Positions 63,313 to 64,000 of a DNA stretch of 64,000 bases are shown one piece after another (positions within the stretch are counted from its first letter, which is position 1; each line of letters begins with the position of its first letter). The position numbers and the translations under genes were made by a program. Under the pieces are notes generated by a model that saw nothing but the letters and a program-made list of their open reading frames with translations, had not been told where the DNA came from and did not search any database. The DNA comes from Tubiluchus corallicola (lineage: Eukaryota; Animalia; Priapulida). The stretch lies in assembly GCA_030141605.1 (NCBI GenBank), contig JAQGDQ010000264.1:124001-188000 (forward strand), in the 5' to 3' direction.

Positions 63313-63440
63313 GTCACAAAGATATCTAGGAAAAGTCAAGTATGCATATTTTGATCATTCCACTCACAAAGCTCCGCGCATTATCGTAGCATCGGAGAAA
63401 AACGTCGTGGCATCTTTAAATTCCAGATCAGGTGACATCC
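63313..63440 (+). CDS. EMC1: ER membrane protein complex subunit 1, exon 2 (gene continues beyond the window)
   Basis: catttag|G TCA CAA...ATC C|gtaagt; SQRYLGKVKYAYFDHSTHKAPRIIVASEKNVVASLNSRSGDI resembles EMC1 QQYVGKVK...VVATEKNVIAALNSRTGEI; phase 2 matches exon 1. Confidence 0.92.
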
Positions 63441-63577
63441 GTAAGTATTACTTTTTAATTTCTAGTACTGCAGCGCAATCCTTGTTTTAATATTGTTTAC
63501 CAAATATAAGTTACATAATCAGTCTAACTCTTGAAATTAACTTGGCTAAAAACCATCTCATCTTATATAATGATATA

Positions 63578-63660
63578 CAGTGGGTGCCGCTTAGTAGACT
63601 CACAATAGGATGGAAGAGTTTTGGCTCAATTAACCAACTGATTCAATTAGCCGATAGGTG
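63578..63660 (+). mobile_element. Possible Tc1/mariner-pogo (Tigger-like) terminus
   Basis: TA-CAGTGGGTGCCGCTTA start; partner TIR not identified in the window. Confidence 0.3.
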
Positions 63661-64000
63661 TAGGCTATTACTACTATAGAAGTACGAGTCGTCACTTATC
63701 AGGTTAGTATGCATTGCAAAGGCTTTAATGAATTTGGAAATGAATTAATGTCAAAATTCCTATGTGCAATTATTTAAGAATACTAATTTATATAAGTGAA
63801 TTAATAAAAAACGAAAACAAAAGATCACACAAATCTGATTATGACCATTAAAAATTAAGAAAATTCATGCAAGGTCATTTGCTTCATTTCTTCACGAAGA
63901 AGTTGGCTTATGAAATTCTCATAATAATAAAAACATTGATAATCTGTTGCTGTATGCTATACGTGTTCAGGCAAAACACCTAGTTGCCTAATGCTTGAGC

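Noticed and set aside
1-64000. CRISPR arrays, operons, rRNA or other prokaryotic systems
   Set aside because: The sequence is spliceosomal-intron eukaryotic DNA; I saw no repeat-spacer arrays or rRNA-like segments

Overview
AT-rich animal (probably invertebrate bilaterian) genomic DNA, not prokaryotic; most entries in the ORF track are noise. Three genes can be assembled by hand from GT-AG splice sites. (1) Dishevelled (+): 15 coding exons from 607 to 50431, 1903 nt in one continuous frame, covering the end of DIX, the basic region, PDZ, DEP and the C-terminal [12 protein letters not shown]. The first coding exon lies upstream of the window. (2) An intronless AF10/AF17 (MLLT10/Alhambra-family) gene (-, 59096-61375), convergent with Dishevelled. 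(3) The first two exons of EMC1 (+, 61749-61858 and 63313-63440), missed by the ORF track and head-to-head with AF10, with 373 bp between the start codons. Introns carry decayed CR1/L2-type LINEs, Penelope-like remnants with hammerhead-like cores, tRNA-derived SINE heads and TIR elements. The most interesting signal is in the large Dishevelled introns: three separate candidate alternative first exons, each phase-matched to the next constitutive exon and each cysteine-rich. They would encode DIX-less, possibly lipid-anchored Dishevelled isoforms. There is also a candidate early terminal exon resembling the Dvl C-terminal motif, a 39-nt cassette microexon and a tandem acceptor. These isoform calls are inferences from splice signals and frame only and need transcript evidence.
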